Source: Gemmatimonadales bacterium
Lineage (GTDB): Bacteria > Gemmatimonadota > Gemmatimonadetes > Gemmatimonadales > GWC2-71-9
Direction: 5' to 3'
Length of the DNA: 62,117 bases
NCBI GenBank assembly: GCA_013694695.1
Contig: JACDBX010000111.1
Span: forward strand, 1 to 62,117
The position numbers and the translations under genes are program-made. Positions 45,893 to 56,143 of the stretch are shown in pieces (the stretch's first letter is position 1; every line of letters begins with the position of its first letter). The notes beneath the pieces are model-generated. The model saw only the letters and a list, made by a program, of their open reading frames with translations. It did no database searches and had not been told where the DNA came from.

Positions 45893-47425
45893 GTGTCGGA
45901 ATTCGAGTCGTGGCAGATCACGCCGGCGGTGGCCGCCCGCCTGGACAATCTTGGATGGACACCGGCGTCGGTCGACGGAATCGACGCCCTGGTTCCCATC
46001 GTGCGCGGTACCAGCGTGGTGAGTGTCCTCCCACCGGTGCCCGCCACCGCTGCACCGATCGCGGCGGCGATCCTGAGCGGCCTGTCCTCGCGCGGCGGAC
46101 GAGTGCTGGTGCTCACCACGCCCGCACTGGTGGGTGAGTGGGGTGCCACGATGGCCGCAATCACCGCCGGAACGCCGTGGCGCATCGAGGCGGCGCGGGG
46201 GCCGGCACGTGCCGGCCGTCGGATCAAGGCTGACGAAGTCGATGTGGTGATTGCTGCCCCCGAAACGGCTCTTACCCTCCTGACACGCTCCGCGCTTGCC
46301 CCCGATGCCGTGACCACGATCGTCCTGGCGTGGCCCGAAGACTGGGACGCAGAGGAGGCGGTCACGGTCCTGCTGCAGGACCTGCCAAAGGACGCGCAAC
46401 GGGTCGTGATCACCGCGCGCCCGGAGCAGGCCGGCGCGCTGGTGGAGCGATACGCGCGGCGTGCTCTACTTTTCGGCGCGCCCTCTGCCGATCCCGCGGT
46501 GGGGTCCCCGGCCCTCCCCGCGCTTCGTGAATCGGCGCGCACTCTCGCGACGTCGTGGCCCGGGCGCGCCGCCGCAGTTGCCGAGCTGATCGACGCGACC
46601 GATCCCTCGGACGCCACGATCTGGACCGTGGACACTCGCGACCACGAACTCCTCCGGATTGCACTGGGTGGTGGTGCCGAGGGGGTGCGAATCGTGATGC
46701 GGGGCGCACCGCTTTCGGGCGTGGTGATCTGCTACGATCCGCCGGCGCGCGCAGACCTGCCCGCCTTCGCGTCCACCGACGACCTCACGATCCTGGTGCC
46801 GCCCGGCACCGAAGGCCATGTCGCCCGGATCGTCACCCGCCGACGCCCCGTCCAGGCAGCGACCAGCGCCGCCGCCCTTCTCACGCGCGACGCCGCGTTG
46901 CGCAGCGAGATCACGCGCGAACTCGCCGGTGGGACGCTCGACGCACCGCTGTACGCCCTGGGCCCGCTATTCGAGCGGCATGAGGCGCAGGCGATCGCGG
47001 CGGCGGTGTTCGCGCTTTGGCGGCGCGCCGTGGCGCCGGCAGCACCAAGTGCGAATGCTGCCGGTGCATCGGCGTCGACTCCCGTCGGCGGGATTGCAGC
47101 CACGAAGATCTGGGTGGGGGTCGGCAAGAAGGATGAGGCGACGGTAGGCGATCTTGTCGCCGTGATGGTGAAGGAGCTCGGCGTCGACCGCACCCTGATC
47201 GGGCGGATCGAGCTCCGGGACACCTTCGCGCTGGTCGAAGTGCCCGAGGCGGATGCGGAGCGGATCGCGGCCCGCCTGACGGGGCTCACGATCCGCCGCC
47301 GGAAGCTGGTGGCCAGGGTGGACCGGGGCCCCGGCGAGTCGCGCGGGGGTTCCGGGGCACCGCGAGGCGGGCCGCGTGGAGGGGGCAGCGGTGGCTTCCG
47401 TGCACCCCGGGCCGACCGCAGGTAG
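45893..47425 (+). CDS. DEAD-box helicase-like protein with degenerate catalytic motifs, C-terminal DbpA RNA-binding domain and RGG tail
   Basis: About 510 aa from GTG 45893 (GAGGGA upstream). The fold-level motif order is retained but the motifs are changed (see findings). The DbpA domain reads KIWVGVGKKDEATVGDLVAVMV...FALVEV. Confidence 0.75.
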   Translation: MSEFESWQITPAVAARLDNLGWTPASVDGIDALVPIVRGTSVVSVLPPVPATAAPIAAAILSGLSSRGGRVLVLTTPALVGEWGATMAAITAGTPWRIEAARGPARAGRRIKADEVDVVIAAPETALTLLTRSALAPDAVTTIVLAWPEDWDAEEAVTVLLQDLPKDAQRVVITARPEQAGALVERYARRALLFGAPSADPAVGSPALPALRESARTLATSWPGRAAAVAELIDATDPSDATIWTVDTRDHELLRIALGGGAEGVRIVMRGAPLSGVVICYDPPARADLPAFASTDDLTILVPPGTEGHVARIVTRRRPVQAATSAAALLTRDAALRSEITRELAGGTLDAPLYALGPLFERHEAQAIAAAVFALWRRAVAPAAPSANAAGASASTPVGGIAATKIWVGVGKKDEATVGDLVAVMVKELGVDRTLIGRIELRDTFALVEVPEADAERIAARLTGLTIRRRKLVARVDRGPGESRGGSGAPRGGPRGGGSGGFRAPRADRR

Positions 47426-47441
47426 GGGGAAAAGCCGACGA

Positions 47442-47459
47442 GCCGCCCAGCGGGGCGGC
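47442..47459. terminator. 7-bp GC hairpin between convergent genes (helicase-like and HU)
   Basis: GCCGCCC-agcg-GGGCGGC. On the minus strand a TTTT run lies 8 nt further downstream. Weak evidence. Confidence 0.25.
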
Positions 47460-47504
47460 CCGTAGTCCGTCATCCTTCAGGACGACGACTTTCCAGCGTA
47501 TTAC

Positions 47505-47795
47505 TTACTTGCCCTTGTTGACCAGGTCCTTGAGACCCTTGCCCGGCCGGAACGCGGGAACCTTCGACGCCTTGATCTTGATCGTTGCGCCAGTCTGCGG
47601 ATTGCGGCCGTCGCGCGCAGCGCGCTTGCGGACCTCGAACGAACCGAAGCCGGTGAGGTTGATGCTGCCGCCCTTCTTGAGCTCGCGTGCGAGCAGGCCG
47701 TCCGTCGAGAAGAAGAGGTCGACGATCTCGCCGGCATGCGCCTTGGAGGTGTCGAGCGCCTTCGCGACGGCCTCGATGAGTTCCATCTTGTTCAT
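47505..47795 (-). CDS. hup: HU family DNA-binding protein
   Basis: 96 aa from ATG 47795 (GGAG Shine-Dalgarno). MNKMELIEAVA...GFGSFEVRKRAARDGRNPQTG. Confidence 0.95.
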   Translation of the reverse strand: MNKMELIEAVAKALDTSKAHAGEIVDLFFSTDGLLARELKKGGSINLTGFGSFEVRKRAARDGRNPQTGATIKIKASKVPAFRPGKGLKDLVNKGK

Positions 47796-47965
47796 GGTGG
47801 CTCCTGCGGAGTGGGTGGGGCTGATCCCGGGCCGGCGGCCCGGATAGCCGAGAATATGGGACACGTGCACGAAACTCCGCAAGTACTCTGGTTTTCCCGC
47901 GGGTGGTCCGCTGGACCCCGCACGGCGCCTGAATTTCCGGGTGACACCCCCTTGACGAACGGCCC

Positions 47966-48577
47966 ATGACCACTTCACAGCGCCCCGGGCGGATCGAAAT
48001 CGTTGCCGGCGTCATGTTCAGCGGCAAGAGCGAGGAACTCATCCGGCGGGTGCGGCGAGCGATCATCGCGCGCACGCCGGTGAAGGTGTTCAAGAGTCAC
48101 CTCGACGCGCGATACGTGGGCCTGCAGCACGTTTCCAGTCACACTGGCCTGAGCTTTTCCGCTCAGCCGATCGATCGCAGCGAGGAGATCCTGCGTCACG
48201 TCGCCGACACGCCGGGCGTCGGGGTGGTCGCAGTCGACGAGACCCAGTTCCTTGATGCCGGGATTGTCGAGGTGGCAACGCACCTCGCGGAGCACGGCGT
48301 GCGAGTGATCCTCGCGGGCACCGACACTGATTTCCGCGGCGAGCCGTTCGGCATGATGGGACACCTGATGGCGATCGCCGAGGACGTCACCAAGCTCCAG
48401 GCGATCTGCGTGCTGTGCGGCGACCTCGCGTGTCGAAACCAGCGGCTCGTGGCCGGACAACCTGCACGATGGGACATGCCCGTGGTGATGGTCGGCGGCA
48501 GCGAGACGTACGAGGCGCGCTGTCGGCGCTGTTTCCAGATGCCGCGGCTCAACGAAGACCAGGTACCACTGCTCTGA
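47966..48577 (+). CDS. tdk: thymidine kinase
   Basis: 203 aa. P-loop GVMFSGKSEEL, VAVDETQF, C-terminal zinc cysteines CVLCG...CRRC. Confidence 0.93.
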   Translation: MTTSQRPGRIEIVAGVMFSGKSEELIRRVRRAIIARTPVKVFKSHLDARYVGLQHVSSHTGLSFSAQPIDRSEEILRHVADTPGVGVVAVDETQFLDAGIVEVATHLAEHGVRVILAGTDTDFRGEPFGMMGHLMAIAEDVTKLQAICVLCGDLACRNQRLVAGQPARWDMPVVMVGGSETYEARCRRCFQMPRLNEDQVPLL

Positions 48578-49170
48578 TGCGCCACTATGCACTCACCGGG
48601 ACCGTGGCGGCCGGAAAGTCCACCGTGGCGGCGCTTTTCGAGCGGTGGGGCGCGACGCGCATCGATGCCGACGCGATCGTTCGGACGCTTCAGCAACCGG
48701 GTGAACCGGTGCACGACCAGATCGTTGCGCGATTCGGGTCGGAGGTTGTGACACGCGATGGCCAGCTCGATCGCAGCGCGCTCCGCCGGATCATGCTTGC
48801 CGATGTCGATGCGCGCCGCGACCTCGAGGCGATCATTCATCCCGCCGTCGAGGAGCGTCGCCATGCGCTGCTCGATGCGGCCAGGACGCGGAACGACGCG
48901 GTCGTGGTATCGGAGATCCCGCTGCTGTTCGAAGCAGGTGACCCGTCGGCCTTCGATGGCGTGATCGTGGTCGATGCGCCAGTCGATGTGCGGAGGGACC
49001 GTTTGGTCGCCGACCGCGGGTTGTCGAGGACGGAAGCCGACGGCCTGATGGCGGCGCAGTGGGCACCATCGCGGAAGCGCGCCCAGGCCACGTGGATCAT
49101 CGAGAACGAGCAGTCTCGCGTCGCGTTGCATCACCGCGCGCGAATCGTGTGGGATGCGATGAACGCATGA
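48577..49170 (+). CDS. coaE: dephospho-CoA kinase
   Basis: 197 aa. The ATG overlaps the tdk stop (TGATG). GTVAAGKST P-loop, IDADAI, SEIPLLFE. Confidence 0.9.
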   Translation: MRHYALTGTVAAGKSTVAALFERWGATRIDADAIVRTLQQPGEPVHDQIVARFGSEVVTRDGQLDRSALRRIMLADVDARRDLEAIIHPAVEERRHALLDAARTRNDAVVVSEIPLLFEAGDPSAFDGVIVVDAPVDVRRDRLVADRGLSRTEADGLMAAQWAPSRKRAQATWIIENEQSRVALHHRARIVWDAMNA

Positions 49171-49922
49171 GTACGTCACTGGTGTGGACGGACCTCGTCC
49201 CGCGACCCGGTTGGCAACAGATGGCGCTCGACGAGGCCGCGATGACCGTTGCACGCGAACAGGACGTGGCGCTGCTGCGGCTCTACCGGTGGGACACCGA
49301 CACGGTCTCGTTCGGCGCCCACGAAATGGCCACCCGAACCTGGAATCGGGCAGCCCTCGAGGCCGCCGGAGTCCCCACGGTCCGACGGCCGACCGGGGGA
49401 CGGGCCGTCTGGCACGACGCCGACGACCTGACATACTCCTGGGCTGCCCGCGCGGGCACGGCGCTTCGCGATTTCTACCGCACGACCCACGAGGAGTTGG
49501 CCGCGGCGCTCGACTCCCTGGGCCTCGCTACCGCCATGGCGCCTGGCCTCCGCCACACGCCCGGACTGGCGGCCGGCGCCTGTTTCGACACCGCGGTGGG
49601 CGGTGAAGTGCTGGTGGCGGGCGCCAAGGCGATCGGCAGCGCCCAACTGATCCGGAGTGGCGTGCTGCTGCAGCACGGTGCCATCGCGCGCCGGGATCCG
49701 CTGGCGCGGCTGGATGCGTTTCTATTGAATGCGGCAGAATGGCGGACTACCGGGGCACGGGACGTGCTGCCCGACGCTTCTGACATCGCGGCCGCCATCG
49801 AGGCCCGCTGGCGTGCAAAAGGCGCCAGGTCAGCCTCGGCCCGGTTGACCCAATGCGTCGAGGCGACGAGCCTCCAGTACGGAACCCGGTATCAGGACGC
49901 CACGTGGACGTGGGGCCGTTGA
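49167..49922 (+). CDS. lipoate-protein ligase / octanoyltransferase family (BPL_LplA_LipB domain) protein
   Basis: 251 aa with ATGA overlap with the coaE stop. RRPTGGRAVWH and the GAKAIGSAQ lysine motif. Confidence 0.75.
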   Translation: MSTSLVWTDLVPRPGWQQMALDEAAMTVAREQDVALLRLYRWDTDTVSFGAHEMATRTWNRAALEAAGVPTVRRPTGGRAVWHDADDLTYSWAARAGTALRDFYRTTHEELAAALDSLGLATAMAPGLRHTPGLAAGACFDTAVGGEVLVAGAKAIGSAQLIRSGVLLQHGAIARRDPLARLDAFLLNAAEWRTTGARDVLPDASDIAAAIEARWRAKGARSASARLTQCVEATSLQYGTRYQDATWTWGR

Positions 49923-49960
49923 ACAGAGTCTCCCCTCCAACCGTCACATCCAGGAGTAGC

Positions 49961-51610
49961 GTGATCCAGCGCATCATCCTTGCCTGCCTGCTGGGAATCG
50001 GCGGAATGATCTCATCCGCCACCCCTGCCATCGGCCAGTCCAACGCCGCCGTTCGCGGGACCGTGGTCCTGGCGATCCCGGCCGACGTGAGCGTCCCCGT
50101 CCCGGTGGTCGGTCTCCCATACACCCACGTGGCCGACGTCACCGATCAGCTCTTTCTCCGGCTGGGATTCCTGAAGTCCTCGTTCCGGACCGTCGGCGAC
50201 GACGCACTCACCCCCATGCTCGCCCGTTCCTGGCGGCGCGTCGACTCGCTCACGCTCGCATTCGAACTCGACCCGCGAGCGATGTGGCATGATGGCGCCC
50301 CGGTGACGACGCACGACGTGATGTTCACCTGGCGGCTCATGGTGAACCCGGCCGTCGGCGCCGATCACGCTGTCATCGAGCCGATCGCCGGCATCGATTC
50401 CACCGGCGTTCGCACCTTCAGGGTGCGGTTTCGGCGTGCCTTCGCCGAGCAACTCTACCTGATCGGCTTCAACCTGCAGCCGCTGCCGGCGCACCTTCTG
50501 GAGCGGGTTCCGGTGGACTCGATCACGACGTCGGAGTACGCGTCGGCTCCGGTCGGCAACGGCCCGTTCCGCTTCGAGCGGCGCGTGCCAGGCGAGTTCG
50601 TCGAGTTGCGTGCGTATCCCGCCTTCTTCCTCGGCAAGCCCACCATCGGACGGGTGGTGTTTCGCGTCATCCCCAATCCGGCCACGCGCCTCAACTTGCT
50701 CTTGAGCGGCGAACTCGACGTGCTGGAGTATGCGCCACCAAGCGCCATGGCACAGATTCGCGCCAAGCGCGATCTCCGGGTGGTGACATTCATGTCCAAC
50801 CTGGTTTTGTACGGCCGTTTCAACACGAGGGCACCCGGCGATACCTCACGACCCCACCCGGTGCTCGGTGATCGTGCGGTGCGCGATGCGCTGGTCAGCG
50901 CGCTCGACCGTGGCGTGATGGCCGAGCGGATCTATGGCCGCAACGCGTCGGTGCCCGGTGCGGTGCAGTCGGTGTCGTGGAGTTGGATCCGCCCGGTGCG
51001 CGGGACGGCCGGCGCGACGTCGCGTTCCGCCGTGCGCGCCGCCCTGGCGAAGGCTGGTTGGCGCGACAGTGACGGCGATGGCATCCTCGACCGCAACGGG
51101 GTGCCACTGCGCATTGGCCTCTTGTATCCAGAGACCAGCGCAGTACGACACGACTTCGCGTTGCAGATGCAGGCGATGTGGCGGGCCGTGGGGATCGATG
51201 CCCATCTCGAGCGGCTCCCGGGTCCAGTAGGCAGCGAACGGCTCAACGCCGGTCGCTTCGACGTGGAGATGGGGAGCGTGAACCAGGACGCATCGCCGAT
51301 GTCGCTCACCCAGAGCTGGTCGTGCGCATCGGCGCGGGAGGCGAGGTCGAGCAACAAGACGCGCTGGTGCAATCCCGAATTCGATCGCTTGCTCGCCAAT
51401 GCGATCACCGGCAAGGACCCGGTGGCCGGATATCGCGTCGCGCTCGCACACATGGCTCGCGAAACGCCGGCGGCATTCCTGGCTGCGCCGTACAACAACA
51501 TCGCCCTTCACTCGCGGTTCGAGAACGTGCAGGTCTGGCCGGTGAAGGCCTGGACGTCGCTCTGGCAATGGCGGGTGCGCCGGGGCGCCGAACTGCCACG
51601 CGACCGCTGA
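49961..51610 (+). CDS. ABC transporter substrate-binding protein, family 5 (peptide/nickel)
   Basis: About 549 aa from GTG 49961 (GGAG upstream). Signal peptide. SBP_bac_5-like sequence. Confidence 0.88.
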   Translation: MIQRIILACLLGIGGMISSATPAIGQSNAAVRGTVVLAIPADVSVPVPVVGLPYTHVADVTDQLFLRLGFLKSSFRTVGDDALTPMLARSWRRVDSLTLAFELDPRAMWHDGAPVTTHDVMFTWRLMVNPAVGADHAVIEPIAGIDSTGVRTFRVRFRRAFAEQLYLIGFNLQPLPAHLLERVPVDSITTSEYASAPVGNGPFRFERRVPGEFVELRAYPAFFLGKPTIGRVVFRVIPNPATRLNLLLSGELDVLEYAPPSAMAQIRAKRDLRVVTFMSNLVLYGRFNTRAPGDTSRPHPVLGDRAVRDALVSALDRGVMAERIYGRNASVPGAVQSVSWSWIRPVRGTAGATSRSAVRAALAKAGWRDSDGDGILDRNGVPLRIGLLYPETSAVRHDFALQMQAMWRAVGIDAHLERLPGPVGSERLNAGRFDVEMGSVNQDASPMSLTQSWSCASAREARSSNKTRWCNPEFDRLLANAITGKDPVAGYRVALAHMARETPAAFLAAPYNNIALHSRFENVQVWPVKAWTSLWQWRVRRGAELPRDR

Positions 51611-51611
51611 C

Positions 51612-52583
51612 ATGACCGGTTGGCTGGCCCGCCGGTCGGTGGATGCGGTCGTCTCCGCCGCCGCGGCCATCCTGCTGCTCGTCGCGCTGGTGCACGTCAT
51701 GCCGGGCGACCCACTCGCGGTGATCCTCGGCGATCGACCCGCTGACGCCGCCACCGTGGCGAGACTCCGCGAACGGTACGGCATCGACCGGTCACTGCCG
51801 CAGGCCCTGGGCGACTTCGCGCGCGGCGCCGTTCGCGGCGATCTTGGCATCGCGCTGAGCGAACAACGTCCGGTCACCACAGTGCTCCGCGAACACGTGG
51901 GCCCCACCCTGCTTCTCGGCTCCCTCACCCTGCTCATCAATTTCACCGTGGGCCTCGCGCTCGGGCTGTGGTGGGCACTCCACCCCGGGACGATGCGCAG
52001 CCGCATCGTCAGCGCCGCCACCGTCGTCGGCTACGCGCTGCCGACATTCGCCATCGGCATGGTACTCGTCTGGATATTCGCCGTGGAGCTGGGCTGGCTG
52101 CCCGTCGCCGGAAGCAGCGACCCGTTGCTCCCGGCCGACGCACCGCTGTCCCAGGCGGTCGTCGATCGTCTTGAGCACCTCGTGCTCCCCCTCACGACGA
52201 TGGTGATGGCAACCATCGCGGTTCCGATCCGGCAGCAGCGATCCGCCGCGCGCGCGGTGGCGGCGCAACCCTGGGTGCGAGCCGCGCGTGCGCGCGGGCT
52301 GTCGCCCGTGGTCGTTGCGTGGCGCCACTGCTGGCGCCCTGCCCTCACCCCGATCGTCACCCTCCTCGGCCTCTGGCTGCCGATGCTGGTGTCTGGTGCT
52401 GTATTGGTCGAATCGGTGTTCGCGTGGCCTGGACTCGGGACGCTGCTTGCCGAGGCGACGGTCAATCGTGATGTCCCGCTCGTGATCGGGGCTGGCGTTT
52501 TGCTGGTGATCGCGGTTCAACTCGGCTCGCTCCTCGCCGACGTGCTGTACCGCGTGGTCGATCCCGCGCAGCGTCAACCGTGA
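51612..52583 (+). CDS. peptide ABC transporter permease (DppB/OppB-like)
   Basis: 323 aa, 6 TM helices, N-terminal MPGDP motif. Confidence 0.92.
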   Translation: MTGWLARRSVDAVVSAAAAILLLVALVHVMPGDPLAVILGDRPADAATVARLRERYGIDRSLPQALGDFARGAVRGDLGIALSEQRPVTTVLREHVGPTLLLGSLTLLINFTVGLALGLWWALHPGTMRSRIVSAATVVGYALPTFAIGMVLVWIFAVELGWLPVAGSSDPLLPADAPLSQAVVDRLEHLVLPLTTMVMATIAVPIRQQRSAARAVAAQPWVRAARARGLSPVVVAWRHCWRPALTPIVTLLGLWLPMLVSGAVLVESVFAWPGLGTLLAEATVNRDVPLVIGAGVLLVIAVQLGSLLADVLYRVVDPAQRQP

Positions 52584-53377
52584 CGCGAACGCCGTGGGGT
52601 GGCGCGGCACTCGCAGCGGCACTGCTGGCACTCGCCGTCATCGGCCCGTGGATCGCGCCAGACCCACTCCTGATGGAAGCCGGAACGCTCCTCCCGCCGT
52701 CCAGCGCTCACCTGCTCGGCACCGACCAGCATTCCCGAGACGTGTTCGCCCGCCTGGCGCACGGCGCCAGGGTGTCGCTCACCGTCGCAGGTGTGGCGGT
52801 GATCATCGCGCTGGTCATCGGTTCGACGGTGGGCGTCATCGCGGGTGCAGGCGGATCGGTGCTTTCCGCCTCGTTGCGGCGGATCACCGATCTCGCCCTC
52901 GCATTGCCCCGCATCGTGGTGCTCATGGTGCTCCTCGCCGCGCTGGGCACGCTTCCGCCACTTACCTTCGCGATGATCATCGGCGTCACGGGATGGCCGG
53001 CGATTGCCCGGCTCGTGCGCGGCGAAACGCTGCGGCTCCGCCAAGCCGAGTACGTCATCGCGGCACGCGCGCTCGGTGCACCCCCGCCGCGCGTGCTGTG
53101 GCGGGAGATCCTTCCGGGCGCACTGGCCCCCGCGATCATTGCGGCCACGCTCGGAGTGGCAGATGCGATCCTCCTCGAGGCCGGACTCTCCTTTCTCGGA
53201 CTGGGAATCATGGCACCGGCACCATCATGGGGCGGAATGATCCTCGAGTCGCGCGATTACCTGCACGCCGCACCGTGGCTCCTCCTGGTCCCGGTCGCGG
53301 CCTTGGTCGCTGCCACGTCATCCGCCACATTGCTTGGCGAGGCACTCCGCCGCTTCCTCCAGCCTGACACGCAATGA
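52580..53377 (+). CDS. peptide ABC transporter permease (DppC/OppC-like)
   Basis: 265 aa. Overlaps the upstream stop. EAA-loop region [18 protein letters not shown]. Confidence 0.92.
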   Translation: MTRTPWGGAALAAALLALAVIGPWIAPDPLLMEAGTLLPPSSAHLLGTDQHSRDVFARLAHGARVSLTVAGVAVIIALVIGSTVGVIAGAGGSVLSASLRRITDLALALPRIVVLMVLLAALGTLPPLTFAMIIGVTGWPAIARLVRGETLRLRQAEYVIAARALGAPPPRVLWREILPGALAPAIIAATLGVADAILLEAGLSFLGLGIMAPAPSWGGMILESRDYLHAAPWLLLVPVAALVAATSSATLLGEALRRFLQPDTQ

Positions 53378-54357
53378 CCCCGCTTCTCGAGATATCCAAC
53401 TTGCGCGTCATGTTCCCGGTCCGCGGTGCGGACCCGGTCGTGCCGGTCGACGACGTCTCGTTCTCGCTTGCACCGGGCGAACTCGTGGCACTGGTCGGCG
53501 AGTCCGGATGCGGGAAGAGTCTCACCGGGTTGTCGATTCCCGGTTTGCTGCCGACCGGTGCCTTGTTGGGCCCGGCCACGTCGGTTCGCTATGACGGGGC
53601 GGAACTGACCGGACTCGATGAGCGCGCACTGCGCCCGTTCCGCGGACAACGGATCGCGATGATCTTCCAGGACCCGATGGCGTCGCTCAACCCGGTGATG
53701 CGGGTCGGCGCCCAGATCGGCGAGGCGATCACCGCGCACCGCCGAGTGCCGCGTGCCGAGGTGGACCGCAGGGTCGTTGATCTCCTCGCCGAAGTCGGGA
53801 TCGCCGATCCTGCTTCGCGGGCGCGGAGTTATCCGCATCAGTTGAGCGGGGGAATGCGCCAGCGGGTGATGATCGCGATCGCCCTTGCCGGAGAGCCGGG
53901 CCTGCTGATTGCCGATGAACCGACGACTGCGCTCGACGTCACCGTGCAGGCCCAGATCCTCGAGTTGCTCGATCGGCTCCGGGTCGCGCGCGGCATGGCG
54001 GTGCTGCTGATCACGCACGACCTCGGGATCGTCGCCGGGCGCGCCGACCGCGTGCTGGTGATGTATGCCGGGCGGATCGTCGAGACCGCTCCGACCGGTC
54101 CGCTGTTCGCGCGCCCGGACCATCCCTACACCGCCGGATTATTTGCGTCGATCCCGCGGCTGGGCGGCAGTGCCGCGCGTCTGTCGCCGATCCCTGGTAC
54201 CGTCCCGCGTCCCGACCAGTGGCCAGACGGCTGTCGATTTCACCCGCGTTGCCCGGTGTGCGTGGACAAGTGCACCCGCGAGCGTCCGTTGCTCCTTCCG
54301 ATCGAGCGCGACGATCACCTCGCAGCGTGCTGGGTCGCGCAGGGGAATGTTGCATGA
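53374..54357 (+). CDS. peptide ABC transporter ATP-binding protein (DppD/OppD-like)
   Basis: 327 aa. [29 protein letters not shown]-terminal oligopeptide-type Cys motif. Confidence 0.93.
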   Translation: MTPLLEISNLRVMFPVRGADPVVPVDDVSFSLAPGELVALVGESGCGKSLTGLSIPGLLPTGALLGPATSVRYDGAELTGLDERALRPFRGQRIAMIFQDPMASLNPVMRVGAQIGEAITAHRRVPRAEVDRRVVDLLAEVGIADPASRARSYPHQLSGGMRQRVMIAIALAGEPGLLIADEPTTALDVTVQAQILELLDRLRVARGMAVLLITHDLGIVAGRADRVLVMYAGRIVETAPTGPLFARPDHPYTAGLFASIPRLGGSAARLSPIPGTVPRPDQWPDGCRFHPRCPVCVDKCTRERPLLLPIERDDHLAACWVAQGNVA

Positions 54358-55352
54358 CCCAGTTGCTCGAGGTGGAGGGCCTGGTCAAGCACTACCAATC
54401 AGGCGGATTTCTCTCGCGCCCCAAGCCACCGGTCCGCGCGGTCGACGGGGTCTCGTTCACGGTCGCGCCTGGCGAGACCCTTGGTCTGGTTGGCGAGTCG
54501 GGCAGCGGCAAGAGCACAATCGGTCGCAACATTCTGCGCCTGGAAGTGCCCACGGCGGGCACGGTGCGGTTCGAGGGGGTCGATCTCGCCACGGTGTCGC
54601 CTGGCGAGCTCCGTGCGCTCAGGCGGCGGATGCAGATCATCTTCCAGGATCCATTCGGATCGCTCAACCCGCGCCGGTCGATCGGTGCATCGGTGGCCGA
54701 AGGGCTCGAGATTCACCAGATGCTCCCGAAACGGGAGGTCGCCAGCCGCGTTTCCGAATTGCTCGCTGAGGTGGGACTCGACCCCGCGTATGCGTCGCGG
54801 TACCCGCATGAGTTCTCCGGTGGCCAGCGCCAACGGATAGGCATCGCACGGGCACTCGCCGTGGAACCCCGGTTCGTGGTGTGCGACGAACCCGTCTCGG
54901 CGCTCGACGTGTCGGTGCAGGCACAGGTCATCAACCTCCTGCTCGACCTGCGCGATCGCCGCGGTCTTGCCTACCTGTTCATCGCCCACGACCTGGCGGT
55001 GGTGCGGCAGATCGCGCACCGCGTCGCCGTCATGTACCTCGGTACCATCGTGGAACTCGGTGCAGCGAGCACCGTCATCGAGGCGCCACGCCATCCGTAC
55101 ACGCAGGCACTCGTGTCGGCGGTGCCGGACCCCGATCCCCGCTCAGCGCGATCACGGATCGTGCTGGCCGGCGAACCGCCGTCGCCCTCGGCGCCGCCGC
55201 CAGGATGTCCATTCGAGCCGCGCTGTTTCCATCCCTTGAGGGACGCGCGCTGCCGCACCGAGCGTCCGGTGCTGCGCCGCGTCGCGGAACAGGATGTGGC
55301 ATGCCATTACGCAGAAGTGATCGCCGCGCCCCCCCTGGTCCCGACGTCGTGA
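54354..55352 (+). CDS. peptide ABC transporter ATP-binding protein (DppF/OppF-like)
   Basis: 332 aa from ATG 54354 (ATGA overlap). [29 protein letters not shown]. Confidence 0.93.
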   Translation: MTQLLEVEGLVKHYQSGGFLSRPKPPVRAVDGVSFTVAPGETLGLVGESGSGKSTIGRNILRLEVPTAGTVRFEGVDLATVSPGELRALRRRMQIIFQDPFGSLNPRRSIGASVAEGLEIHQMLPKREVASRVSELLAEVGLDPAYASRYPHEFSGGQRQRIGIARALAVEPRFVVCDEPVSALDVSVQAQVINLLLDLRDRRGLAYLFIAHDLAVVRQIAHRVAVMYLGTIVELGAASTVIEAPRHPYTQALVSAVPDPDPRSARSRIVLAGEPPSPSAPPPGCPFEPRCFHPLRDARCRTERPVLRRVAEQDVACHYAEVIAAPPLVPTS

Positions 55353-56143
55353 CTGCCTCGCTGCACCTGATCGACGCGTTCGCCGACGAGGCCTTCCGCG
55401 GCAACCCGGCGGCCGTCGTCCTGCTCGGTGCGGAGCGCCCCGATACGTGGTTGCAAGCTGTCGCGGCTGAGATGAACCAGGCCGAGACCGCGTTCCTGCA
55501 CCTGGTTGATGGAGGCTTTGCGTTGCGCTGGTTCACGCCGCTCGCCGAGGTTGATCTCTGCGGGCATGCCACGCTTGCCAGTGCGCACTTCCTGTGGACT
55601 GAGCAGTTGCTGGCGTCCGACGAGACCGCGCGGTTTCACACCCGCAGCGGTCTGCTCACCGCGCGAAAGGATGACAACGGCTGGATTACGCTCGATTTTC
55701 CGGCGATTCCACCCTGTGATCCGATCGTGCCCGATGACCTCGCGGCGGTACTTGGCGTCCAGCCGATGGCGGTGCAAGGTGGTGCGTTCGACCTGCTGTG
55801 CGTCCTGGACAGCGCCGACGCCGTGCGCGCATTGACTCCGGACCTGCATCGCATGGCTCGATGGGAGGTCCGCGGCGTCCTGGTGACCGCAGCGACCGAC
55901 GAGCCAGGCATCGACTTCGTTTCGCGCTGTTTCTACCCCCGACTCGGGGTGCCCGAGGATCCGGTGACGGGATCGGCGCATTGTGCGCTCGCGCCGTACT
56001 GGCACGGCGTCACCGGGCGGGCTACGCTCGCCGGGCTGCAGGCCTCGCGGCGTGGCGGCGTGGTGCGTTGCAAGGTTCGTGGCGACCGCGTGCACCTGGC
56101 GGGCCGTGCGGTGACGACCGTGACCGGGACGCTGCTGGCATGA
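55349..56143 (+). CDS. PhzF family isomerase-like protein
   Basis: 264 aa from GTG 55349 (GTGA overlap). [48 protein letters not shown]. Confidence 0.88.
   Translation: MTASLHLIDAFADEAFRGNPAAVVLLGAERPDTWLQAVAAEMNQAETAFLHLVDGGFALRWFTPLAEVDLCGHATLASAHFLWTEQLLASDETARFHTRSGLLTARKDDNGWITLDFPAIPPCDPIVPDDLAAVLGVQPMAVQGGAFDLLCVLDSADAVRALTPDLHRMARWEVRGVLVTAATDEPGIDFVSRCFYPRLGVPEDPVTGSAHCALAPYWHGVTGRATLAGLQASRRGGVVRCKVRGDRVHLAGRAVTTVTGTLLA

Noticed and set aside
47853-47882. TTGCGG-N18-CATATT promoter-like pair upstream of the HU gene (minus strand)
   Set aside because: The match to consensus is only moderate and I cannot evaluate it statistically without a genome-wide model, so it is not listed as a feature.
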